Shown piece by piece: positions 1 through 10,644 of a stretch of DNA of 64,000 nucleotides. Both the position numbers and the translations under genes were made by a program. The stretch covers positions 95,200,953 to 95,264,952 of the forward strand of contig NC_068984.1 in the NCBI RefSeq assembly GCF_001194135.2. Direction: 5' to 3'. Source of the DNA: Octopus bimaculoides. Taxonomy: Eukaryota. Position 1 is the first letter of the stretch, and each line of letters begins with the position of its first letter. Below the pieces are notes generated by a model that saw only the letters and a list, made by a program, of their open reading frames with translations, was not told the DNA's origin and made no database searches.

Positions 1-239
1 GGCACATAAAAGACACCATTTCGAGCGTGGCCGTTTTCGTGCGGGTGACACGTAAAAGCACCCACTACACTCTCTGAGTGGTTGGCGTTAGGAAGGGCAT
101 CCAGCTGTAGAAACTCTGCCAAATCAGACTGGAGCCTGGTGTTGCCATCCGGTTTCACCAGTCCTCAGTCAAATCGTCCAACCCATGCTAGCATGGAAAG
201 CGGACGTTAAACGATGATGATGATGATGATGATGATGAT
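1..239 (+). mobile_element. 3' end of RTE-type LINE (or its derived SINE) with (GAT)n tail
   Basis: Ends ...ccaacccatgctagcatggaaagcggacgttaaac followed by (gat)n; same 3' sequence as the RTE copy at 31464 (-) and the fragment at 29175-29243. Confidence 0.85.
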
Positions 240-381
240 AAGAATGGAATGGATCATAATCTGAAAGCAGCGACAGGAGTTGTGAAGAACGAATTTGTAA
301 GTGTTCTGTTTCTGAGAGCTGTTCTACTGGACCTCTGCCTAATCATTAAAATGTTATTTTAACGATCCAGCAATAAGTGTG

Positions 382-516
382 GCAGCATGCCTTTGCTGAT
401 CTTAGGAAAGTCTCATCTACCTTCTGTATTGAGACTCCATTTGACACGCTGTAGCATGCATTTGCTGATCTTGAAAAAGTCTCATCTCCCTTCTTTCTTG
501 AGACTCTCATCTTCAG
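382..516. repeat. Two imperfect tandem copies of a ~69-bp unit
   Basis: gcagcatgcctttgctgatcttaggaaagtctcatct... repeats as gtagcatgcatttgctgatcttgaaaaagtctcatct... 69 bp later. Confidence 0.8.
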
Positions 517-1074
517 TTTTCTACAATCCTTCTTGCTTTATACTTGTTTCTGGAGAGATTACATTTCTTCTTTGGTGGCATATTTTTTTCAATATTGTGA
601 ACAAAAAAATTATGAACGTAGAAAAAATTAGACATTAATCTCTATTTTTGTATGTAGTACATGTTTATTTTTGTATGCAGTGTAAATTAACCAAATAAAA
701 GCACATGTATGAACTGCTAATTTAATGGTAAATGCGACAATAATTATTATAGATAAATTTCTTAATATATATTTACCCTTAAATATTAATTTAAGGGTAA
801 ATATGTAACTGTAAATACCTTGCAACTGCTGCAATAATTATTAACTGGTAATTGAACAGTAAATGTGTATTTTTATATACTTTGGACCTGCCATCTCATT
901 GTTTTTTGTCAAGAGTTTCACCTCCAACCATTCGTTATGTCAATCAACACACATTCACTGACACACCATTCCGCTGTTGCAGCCGTAAAGATGGAAAGTT
1001 GCCAATGTGTAATGTTGTTCACATTAGGATATAAATTATTCATTTATTTCAAATATAATAGAAATAAGACGATG

Positions 1075-1471
1075 TTAGTGATATCACATTAGAATTAAAA
1101 GTGAAAGAATAAAAGTGAAACAATATTATATCATATTTCGTTTTGGGATTTGGTTTGCAAGATTCTTTATGTGAGTTCATGTGTTGAAGCATATTCTGTT
1201 GTGTCTGGGGAGAGTCATTTTCTTTTTGTGCCTTATAATTTAACACACTCACTGGTAAAATTTCCACTTATTTTTATTTTCCTAAAATTTTCTCATTGTG
1301 TCTTGCAACCTTTTCAATAGTCTTGACATAGTAGATATCATACCCTCATACCCACAGTTTACACAGGTAGAGTAGAATAGTTAGTGGGCTGTTATGTAGA
1401 TAGATGTATATATGTATGCATGTGTGTGTGTGTGTNNNNNNNNNNTATGTAGATAGATGTATATATGTATG

Positions 1472-1521
<50 letters not shown>

Positions 1522-2276
1522 CACATGTATGTAAGCATATGGATATGAAAATATACAGATCAACATACAGACAGATAGGTACATAGGTTATATGAACAGA
1601 CAAGCACACATACGCAAATGGAGACTGAAACACATGAAACACATATATACTGAAACACATGAAACACATATATACTGAAACACATATATACACACACACT
1701 TTACTTCACACAAGGATACATATGGAGACATGTGTCCACACATATGGAGATGCACATCCATATATACAAACACAGTACTTAGTTGCAAAAAACACACACA
1801 CTCAGACATGCACACACAGGGAGACAGAGGTGCATACATATACAAACACAAGCACACACACATACATAAAAAATACACAAACAGACATGCAAGCACATAT
1901 GCAGATGCACACACATACATATGCATACACACATGCAGATGCACACACACATACATATGCATACACACATACATACATATGCATACACACATGCAGATGC
2001 ACACACATACATACGCATACATATATACATGCATGCATAGGCACACACACGCACAAACAAACAAAAAGGAGCGCAATGTAAATAACGGACAGAGTCAAGA
2101 CTATTGAAAAGGTTACAAGATGCAACAAAAATTTTAGGAAAATAAAAATAAGAAATAAGGGTAAATTTTACTGCTGAGTGTGTTAAATTATAAGGCACAA
2201 AAAGAAAATGACTCACCCCAGACACAACAGAATATTATATCACATTACAATATAGATTTTATTCTTTCACTTTTGA
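1075..2276. repeat. Long inverted-repeat arms (~1075-1326 and ~2095-2276) around a CA/TA microsatellite core; MITE-like
   Basis: 1190-1326 is the near reverse complement of 2095-2232 (e.g. tcttttt gtgccttataatttaacacactc vs gagtgtgttaaattataaggcacaaaaaga). The right arm lacks about 60 bp. No TSD identified. Confidence 0.7.
1395..2060. repeat. Compound (TG)n/(CA)n/(TATACA)-type microsatellite and minisatellite tract
   Basis: Direct inspection; includes repeated atatactgaaacacatgaaacac and atgcagatgcacacacatacat units. Source of the spurious HTHT/CVCV ORFs. Confidence 0.9.
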
Positions 2277-2436
2277 CACGTAATACTGAACCAGTGCCAA
2301 TGTTATATTGTTTTAATCCAAATGAAAAAAAAAATTACATGTTGACACTCATGGGCTCTGATACTATTACCTAGTAAAATTTGATTTGATTTGGACAAAC
2401 TGTTTGAGAATGCACAGGGAACAGACAGACAAAGAA

Positions 2437-2625
2437 TCTATATATATAAATGGCAATTTCTGTCTGTCTGTCTGTTACCATCTTAGTGCCTAAACCAGCA
2501 AACCAATATTCACGAAACTTTGCATACATGATACACTAACATCCAGTTCAATAATAGGCTAATTGTATTTTCAATAAAACTTTATAATGTGATTACCCAG
2601 GGACATTGGGCAAATTATATGATAA
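2437..2625 (+). mobile_element. Degenerate non-autonomous Helitron/HINE-like element
   Basis: Begins A|TCTATATATATAAA followed by (tgtc)n, as in Helitron/DINE-1-like 5' ends, with a weak CCCA...TGGG hairpin near 2596-2610. No CTAG terminus seen. Confidence 0.4.
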
Positions 2626-3728
2626 AACAAGAAAGCTGCAAAAAGTATTAGTCTGAAGGAAAGATAGTAATAGAGAGAGGGTGACATATCAGTGAAGGCA
2701 AGAACAGCGGTTGCAATGGGATGATAACATTACTACAGCTGTCATATACATGCAACGCTGCATGCATACTTTCGTAAATACATAGATACAACACACACAC
2801 ACAGAAAGAGGTGTGTGAGGAATACATAGCTTTAAAGAGAGAGGGGGTAGGTGGCTTTTCTGCTGTCCATTGCAAAGGAATACTCACATACACATACATA
2901 CATATGTCTACTAAACACCATTTTAAACTTGTGATTACCTGCGTGTAAATGTGTGTGTGTGTGTGAGTATGTGTCACATCTTATAACTGTCTGTGTCTCT
3001 ACTTTTGTAGAGTCTTCCCTGTTGCTGTCACATATTGTGAGATTTTTAAATTACGTCAAAATTTCCAAATTTGGTATATTGAAATAATTTTCCATGTTAA
3101 ATCCAATTTTGTTATTTATTTGTTCCAGAAAAGTAGAAAAATGTTACTGAGGTTTAAAATTTAATCAATTTTACCTAATTAGAAAACAGGGTTTGGAAGC
3201 TGGCATTTTCTGCATGATAACTGTCTATCACTAAATGAAAGTAAAATCATTAGGAAGGGGAATTTTTATTAAGCAAATGAAAGCAAAGCATTAAGATGAC
3301 CAAAGTTGTAAGAACTTCTGAAGTTTTATTGAATAAAACAATGTGAAATGGTCAAATAGACATGTAAATAATTTAAAAAGGAAAAAAATCCTGAATGAAG
3401 TTTTTTGGTGAAAAATTGCACAAATCTGTCCTGATTAAGAGGCCTAATCTGTTAGGGAAGGCATGCTCTGACATGGAATAGATAAAAATTTATACAAGAC
3501 ATTCTATTGCAAAAATTGCCTGGCAATGATGTACAGATGTGACTAATTCGGAGAAACATTACTTTCATTATTCACACATCATCACTCTTGTAATGCAGCA
3601 CTGTAATTTTGGTTCAAATTGAAAGTGTGAAACTATTTTCACTTTATAATGAAACCTGGTCATTGTAGAGCAGTGTCTTTCAAATAACTATAGCTCATGC
3701 TACTTAATTCCAACTGGTCATGCAAATG

Positions 3729-5000
3729 CTATGTTCCAACGGCTCCCCCATATTTTATTCTCTGTCCAGGCTCCATGCTGAATGTAAAATTCTCAGGAGC
3801 CTCAAAGATAAGAACAATGGCGGAACCTAAATTGAATTCACCAAAGAGATCAACTTTCCCAACTTGAATTCCAGGACTTTGTTCATTTGGTAAATACTGG
3901 TCAGTGTTATTACCATCTGGTTTCTTCCATGTACTTGTGGCCAGTTCATGATCATTATAAATATGGATAGAACCAATGTTGGTAGCCCCTACAGCGGTCA
4001 TCGAAAAAAATCCATGTTTCCAAAGTCCTACATACATAGCACATTCATTAAGGTTGAATAGTCCTATGATCCACCGTGCTATACCAAGATGTACACTCAG
4101 TAATTCACCTGGAAAATGTCTTCTGAAGTAAACTATCCAGTCTGTAGGGGAATGAAAGCGGTGATAGTCTCTGGGTGCCAAGTAAATAGTACAATGATAT
4201 AATACATTATCTGGATGGATCAGCTGGGAAAGAATCTTCTGGTTTTGATCAATGTAGGCATTTACATTATTATGACTGTTGTTTATGTCCTCTCGAAGAG
4301 ATGATGACAAAGAAGAGGAAGAGGACATTGATGAAGAGTCTGGTGAAGATGATTGTGAGGATGATGATGATAATGAGGATGAAGAAGATGACAATGATGA
4401 AATTGGGAATTTCCAACTGAATGGTCCAATGAAACCCTCAACAGAAAAGTTCACTCCTTTTACTTGCTTGACAACACCATTCTCTACTTGACCGAAATGT
4501 GTGATGGTACCATCTGAAGGACTTGTCAATAAATGTATATTATCAATTGGCAGCACTTGAAGTTTTAAAGTTCTGCGGAAGAATTCTCCAAGATTTTGAT
4601 ATGTTTTCAAGTCCTCTTCCTCTGCTTCTTCAATGTTGCAGCCAAATGCCCAAATGTATATCTGAAATACAGGTATCTGCATGAAAACAGGCAGATCTAG
4701 TTGGTTTACTTTTCCCCATAAGCGAGACAGCGACCAAAGAGGCATTTTTCGGTAAAGGGTTACTTTCAAATTAGAGGGATCTTGTGGGCTGCCATAAACA
4801 ATATTCAGTTGGTAAAACCCCAAAATACAAGTTGCCCCCAAACCAGTGCCAAATGTGACTCTTTTAATAAGGCTTTTTCAGGGTCATTTCATTGAGCTTG
4901 TTGACTGAAGCCTACATGTCTGAGACAGTTTGGTGAAGAGTCTGACAGTCAAAAGAGGAGAACGATAGGTTTTAGTTATTAAATATTGTAGAGACATCAT
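3729..5000 (-). pseudogene. PISD: Intronless phosphatidylserine decarboxylase retrocopy (processed pseudogene)
   Basis: 370-codon open stretch has PISD motifs: SLSRLWG, NLGEFFRR, TSPSDG, YLAP(R)DYHRFHSP, FFSMTAVGATNIGSI, GEFNLGS(A)IVLIFEAP. The frame extends upstream to ATG ATG at 5000 (MMSLQYLITKTYRSPLLTVRLFTKLSQTCRLQSTSSMK*P*KSLIKR...), a basic presequence-like leader with TGA at 4886-4884 and 4880-4878. The ORF-track start at 4841 is TTG. No introns. Confidence 0.9.
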
Positions 5001-5141
5001 TGCTTGGTTTTAGTTTTCTTGTTCGTTGTTTAGAACCTGTTTTTCTAGTACAAGAAATGAAAGACTTGAGATAAGTATATATAGAATTTTTTTTTATTTG
5101 TCAGAAGATTCTATTTCACATTTAAATTTAATTTAATATGA

Positions 5142-6400
5142 ATGTTATTATTACTTATAGATACTGAACTCTGGCTAGAAACTGAGAATAATAAAACCCG
5201 AATCCTCCATTCACACTATACAAAACCTATGGCCTCCAAATACCTGATCCACCGGAACTCGGCTATTGCGGACAATGCCAAATTCAATATATTGATGGCA
5301 GACCTCGTCAGGGTAATGCGAAATGTGTCCTGCATGAGCAACCCTACAGAATTAAAGAGACATATACAACATTTCGTTCACCGCATGCAGTTCTCAGGTT
5401 ACAGCCATAAAGAAAGGATCAGAGTATACAAAGGAGCTATGAAGAAATTTGAAACAATCAAACGTAACAATAGGAATGGGATTTGCCCACTCTATAGGAG
5501 CAAATCATGGAACACCATTGAAAGGATTAAGAAGAAAATAGGNNNNNNNNNNGGTAACCCTATCAACTCCCTTATCAGTAGAACATACCCTTTTAGTAGA
5601 ACCCCCTGCACTGATAGGAACTGTATCGTATGTAGATTTAGCCCACAAACAAACTGTAAAACCAGAAATGTGGTCTATAGTATAAGATGTACAGAGAGAC
5701 AATGCAGTAACAAGACAACGACGTATGTAGGTGAAACAGCACGGAGCATAGGAGAGCAGGTAAATGACCATTGGAGGGAACTTAAGAAAGGGAAGAGCTC
5801 ATCAGTTCTGTACCAGCACGCTGAGCAAGAACATGGAGGCTCACCCAACAACATAGAAATTAAAATCTTATCCACACATAGCAGAGATGCAGCACTTCGA
5901 CAAATTACAGAAGCTACACACATATTAGAAGATAAACCTAGCCTGAATAGAAAACTGGAATGGAACACTAACACACACTCCTAACAAACCACAACATATG
6001 ACAATAAATTCCCCATAAACCAATAATAATATGAACAAAATATAATACAATACAATACATAGATAAACAAATGGAATTAAACACTACATACGTTAACAAA
6101 ATTAAATTAAATACAAAAAAAAAGTAGGTATAAACACATGAACAAATAAATAAATAAAAACAAAAATAAACGAACATGTATTAACAGAGGATATAGATAA
6201 TACAGGCACTCTCCATACACACACATGCACTTACAAAACATAGACACACATTGCGGGATACGCATGCGTAGACACATGCAATAGGAATACAAAATACAAA
6301 ATGGCTGATAGTTAGCAAGGTGGGACACACATAAGAAAGAAACCAAAGGACCACTGATGAGGTCACAGAAGTGTGACGAAAGAACTCTGGCCGAAATAGG
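5142..6400 (+). mobile_element. 5'-truncated Penelope-like element (RT thumb + GIY-YIG endonuclease; Neptune-like by inference), ORF 5142-5984
   Basis: HYTKPMAS thumb motif, Cys linker CTDRNCIVC, GIY-YIG motifs NVVYSIRC and YVGETARS, later H residues (LYQHAEQEH), C-terminal PSLNRKLEW. A 10-N gap at 5543-5552 probably hides more sequence. Confidence 0.85.
6348..6392 (+). ncRNA. Minimal type I hammerhead ribozyme motif in the Penelope 3' region (pseudo-LTR)
   Basis: Stem I CCA(6351-53)/TGG(6388-90); core CTGATGA(6354-60); stem II GTCACA/TGTGAC with GAAG loop (6362-77) and one extra G at 6361; GAAA(6378-81); minimal stem III; NUH triplet CTC(6385-87). Confidence 0.7.
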
Positions 6401-6548
6401 ATTAATGTTATGTAATATAATATAAAGCTGAAGCAAATTAACACCAAATATACAGTGCGTGTGTTTTTTATTGGCTAAACTGGCAATATGACCATTCCCA
6501 AGTACAACATCTGTTTCAACACACGATTTCACATAAAAAATCTTGCAA

Positions 6549-6591
<43 letters not shown>

Positions 6592-6679
6592 ACATATACA
6601 CACACACACATATATACCTATATACATACTTTTTTACATATCAATACAGATGCTTATACAAATACACACATGTTTTTTT

Positions 6680-9600
6680 CTATTCTACCTTATTTTTGGA
6701 TCTATTATAATATTTAAAGGTTTTGTAGTACCTATGTTTACATGATGATATCGCGTCTGACTTGCTATTCATTAGATTGTCAAATTTATATAGTAATATA
6801 TGCAGTGATTCTAATGTGCATAAACGGCAATTATTTGATTTATGTGTATATGGTATAGCAGAATCTATTATTGACCAGTCCAATTTATAATTAATTTTGT
6901 TTTTATTGAGTTTCTGTATGTATGTGGCTAATGAAGTTTTATTATTATTTATATTTGGTTTAAATGAGTGTATATACGCTAGATATCTTTGTTTAAAATT
7001 AATAGAACTCCCTATGTATACCATTTTATGTGAATTATTAATTACTGTGACTATGCATTTATATACTATATTAAGTCTTTTACAATTGCCTTGTAAAGGG
7101 CATATTTTTTTATTTTTACATGAGCAATTTTTACTGTTTTTATATTTCTGTTGTGGTGAATAGTTATTATTATTATTATTATTATTTGTGGTGTATAAAG
7201 TATTACTTATTGAATTTGTTGTAGTATTTATTATCTTGGAATTATATGTGTTTGCTACTTGTGATTTATTGTTTCTATTGGGTTGTATTGTTGGATTTAT
7301 TGATGCATTTTGTCTTTTTTCAGTTATATGGTATTTTTTTTTTAATCCTATTATATTAATATTACTATTAGGGGTTTGTGTGTTTATATCACTATATTTA
7401 CTTTTACTTCTATTTGTGATATCATTATTATTATTATTAATAATATTATTGTAATTATGGTGGGGTTTTTTTTTATATGTATTAATCTTTCGTCTATTTG
7501 AACTGGCAATAATAGATCCTATGTTTGGTGTTGTGGAAAATGAAACTTTAATGCATGATCTATTGAATATATGGTGATATTTGTGATCTGTGGGGAAACA
7601 TTTTTTAATTATATTAAGAAATTTTTTTGCTAAGCCTTTGACTCTTAACCCTTTCATTACTATATTTCTGACCAAAATACACCCCTCATGAGTTTCAATT
7701 AAATTCTAAAATAATCATGAATTTAGACTAGTCTCATTAAACACCTGTAACTTTTTTATTTATCAACATATTCTCACGGTGGTGCACCAGCATGACCGCA
7801 GCCACTTGGCTGAAACACATAAATAAATAAATAAATATTAATGTGATATTTGGAACATAATTAAAGAAAGGGTTCTTAATTCTATTACATAATTTTTGTC
7901 TCAAAGTTCTCCACGTACTGGGGTACTGCTAGTGTCTCTCACATATAAATATTGGNNNNNNNNNNNNNNNNNNNNNNNNNNNNNNNNNNNNNNNNNNNNN
8001 NNNNNNNNNNNNNNNNNNNNNNNNNNNNNNNNNNNNNNNNNNNNNNNNNNNNNNNNNNNNNNNNNNNNNNNNNNNNNNNNNNNNNNNNNNNNNNNNNNNN
8101 NNNNNNNNNNNNNNNNNNNNNNNNNNNNNNNNNNNNNNNNNNNNNNNNNNNNNNNNNNNNNNNNNNNNNNNNNNNNNNNNNNNNNNNNNNNNNNNNNNNN
8201 NNNNNNNNNNNNNNNNNNNNNNNNNNNNNNNNNNNNNNNNNNNNNNNNNNNNNNNNNNNNNNNNNNNNNNNNNNNNNNNNNNNNNNNNNNNNNNNNNNNN
8301 NNNNNNNNNNNNNNNNNNNNNNNNNNNNNNNNNNNNNNNNNNNNNNNNNNNNNNNNNNNNNNNNNNNNNNNNNNNNNNNNNNNNNNNNNNNNNNNNNNNN
8401 NNNNNNNNNNNNNNNNNNNNNNNNNNNNNNNNNNNNNNNNNNNNNNNNNNNNNNNNNNNNNNNNNNNNNNNNNNNNNNNNNNNNNNNNNNNNNNNNNNNN
8501 NNNNNNNNNNNNNNNNNNNNNNNNNNNNNNNNNNNNNNNNNNNNNNNNNNNNNNNNNNNNNNNNNNNNNNNNNNNNNNNNNNNNNNNNNNNNNNNNNNNN
8601 NNNNNNNNNNNNNNNNNNNNNNNNNNNNNNNNNNNNNNNNNNNNNNNNNNNNNNNNNNNNNNNNNNNCTTTTCTTCGATATCTCCATATCTTCTGATGAA
8701 AAACCTTCAAATTCGGAATCACTGCTTGATAGCATGAAACTGCTCTCCATCTTCATAACGCCGCAAAATATGTGGAAAAAAATCTTCCAAAATTCACTGA
8801 GTTCAAATATGCCAAACAATGTCGGATACAATAACTCAACTGTTTGCAAAGTGAAATCAGGTGTTTTAACGAATGTACTAACGAGATTTGGGTTCAAATA
8901 TACATTTAAATAACAATGGGTACTCTCGGCTGGCTACGGCCGGGTTAGTAACGAAAGGGTTAAGGAAAATGGAGGTGTAAACCATATAATTTGTCTATTT
9001 GAGCTCCACTTAGGTAATTTTTGGTGCTTATCTATTGGTTCTAGGATGTGTGTATTTTTCATAGGGTATTTATTATCATATTTAGTTCTTTGTGTTTTAT
9101 TGTTTATAGATTTTTTTATTATATTGTGTATAATTTTTATCATTTATTTTTAATTGTATATTATTGTTGTATGTAGTGTTACCTTTATTTCGTATTTTAT
9201 TATCTTCTATAGTGTTGTTTAATTCTAATTGTGCTATGTAATTTTTTAATTTAGTATTTTTTATGTATTTAATATTTTGTTTATATCCGCTTGCCTGTAA
9301 TGCTTGAGTATAATAATTAGCATGGTTGTTAAAAATTTCCTCATTATAGGATAGATCGGATATTCTAATAGAAATACTATTTACGATACTTTTAAGTAAT
9401 GAAATATGATTTGAATTAATATTTATATATTTAAGATATTCATTAAGTTTATGATATGGAGAGTATGTTGAAGCATTGAAGTCCAACGTTACATCTAAAA
9501 CATTTGCTTTAGTATAACTTTTTTGGAATGTGATGGATAAGCCAAAATTTTTATAGAATTTATGTAGATCTCTTAATTTTCCTATTTTTCTTCTGGATTT

Positions 9601-10305
9601 ACCATTATATACAAGGTGGGCATCATCTCTATATAATCCTCCTTTCAAAGATGGGAAGTAGTGCTTAGTTTCATATAGTAAATATAATCCTACTAAGTCC
9701 GTTATTTGTGCCGAATCTGATGATCCCATTGTAATATCGAATAAGTTAAATAGACTATTATTACCTGATCTACACTATAATTTATCGTTGAATTTAATAA
9801 GTGTTTTTCTAGCTAATTGAATAATGTCAATTTCAAGTGGTGTAATGTCAGTTAAGTTTTTAGCTAAAATTATTGCTTTATTTAATATAATAGGTAATAT
9901 GGATGCATAATAATTGTTAATATCAAATTGTATAAATGATAAGCTTGTCTTATTAGGTAGTAAATGAAACCAAGAAATTACTTCTCCTGTATTGAACCAT
10001 AAATTAGAATTAAGTTTTTTCTTTATTATAGGTATGATTCTATCTAAAATGTTCTTACTTATTCTTCCGAGGTCAGATTTAGTTGGACAAATTAGTCTAA
10101 TGGTAGGATTAATATTAAAATCTTGTTTATGGTCTTTTAGATTAAAGTGTGGAGTATATATTTTTGTGCAGTCTTCGATATCTAGTTTTCGCATAATTAT
10201 GGAATGTTCATTGTTTAGTATTTCTAATTGTGATGGGTTAGTAATTTTATAAGATTTGCATAATTCATTATGTATAAAATTGTTGTATTGTGTAGGAGTA
10301 ATCTT
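6680..10305 (-). mobile_element. Second, AT-rich Penelope-like element (RT + C-terminal GIY-YIG), 5'-truncated and interrupted by a piggyBac derivative
   Basis: RT motifs IRLICPTKS, FDINNYYASI, (T)MGSSDSAQITDLVGLYLL, YRDD (9097-10194). IIWFTPPFS (8934-9143) joins KFLNIIKKCFP and the endonuclease (CSCKNKKICPLQGNC, NIVYKC, YIGSS, CRLC) at 6680-7648. TAG at 9775-9777 and a frameshift near 9100-9143. Confidence 0.85.
7649..8959 (-). mobile_element. Non-autonomous piggyBac deletion derivative (copy 1, partly in N gap)
   Basis: TTAA TSDs at 7645-7648 and 8960-8963; TIRs CCCTTTC(A/G)TTACTA; reverse complement of the 18147-19174 element. Confidence 0.9.
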
Positions 10306-10644
10306 ATATATAATAAACGTGAAGTTGTGTGTCTGTGTGAAGCCTTTTTAAAAGTTTATAGAAATCCACATTTTCCACTTTTTCGTAAAAATTTTTACAT
10401 CAATGGAATTTTCTTGATGTGAACTTTGCAGTGCAGTAATTAGATTTTAAAAATTCCGTTTACTTTGTGTGATTTAAGGGAGATTTGGCTGTTGTTTCTA
10501 GCAACTTTTATATTTCTTCCCTTCTACGTGTTCTCAATTCCTTTTTCCCCCTCTTCCTCTCTCGCTCTCTCAAGCGCATACACGTGCAAGTACACATAAT
10601 CATTCAATAAAATATAACTCATGTTTGTCAATGTGGCATAACTA

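Noticed and set aside
1395-1520. Direct duplication on either side of the 10-N gap
   Set aside because: Typical unmerged contig overlap at a microsatellite; treated as an assembly artefact.
1346-2225. Many 60-160-aa ORFs rich in HTHT / CVCV / YIYI (also 6107-6745, 14382, 35829)
   Set aside because: Translations of (CA)n/(TA)n microsatellites, open in several frames on both strands.
4279-4491. Very acidic 70-aa ORF (DDDKEEEED...)
   Set aside because: Antisense reading of the poly-Ser stretch of the PISD retrocopy.
4878-4886. TGA-CCC-TGA as selenocysteine or A-to-I read-through (UGA to UGG)
   Set aside because: Lies in a targeting presequence, not a redox site; no SECIS identified; a 5' G neighbour disfavours ADAR; CGA-to-TGA decay matches the other CpG changes in this copy.
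5000-5142. PISD mRNA captured by the adjacent Penelope element
   Set aside because: They are head-to-head on opposite strands, whereas template switching would give the same orientation; no shared TSD seen.
7896-8897. Long poly-X ORFs here and at 14382, 31611, 32800, 34673, 55767
   Set aside because: Open only because they cross N gaps.
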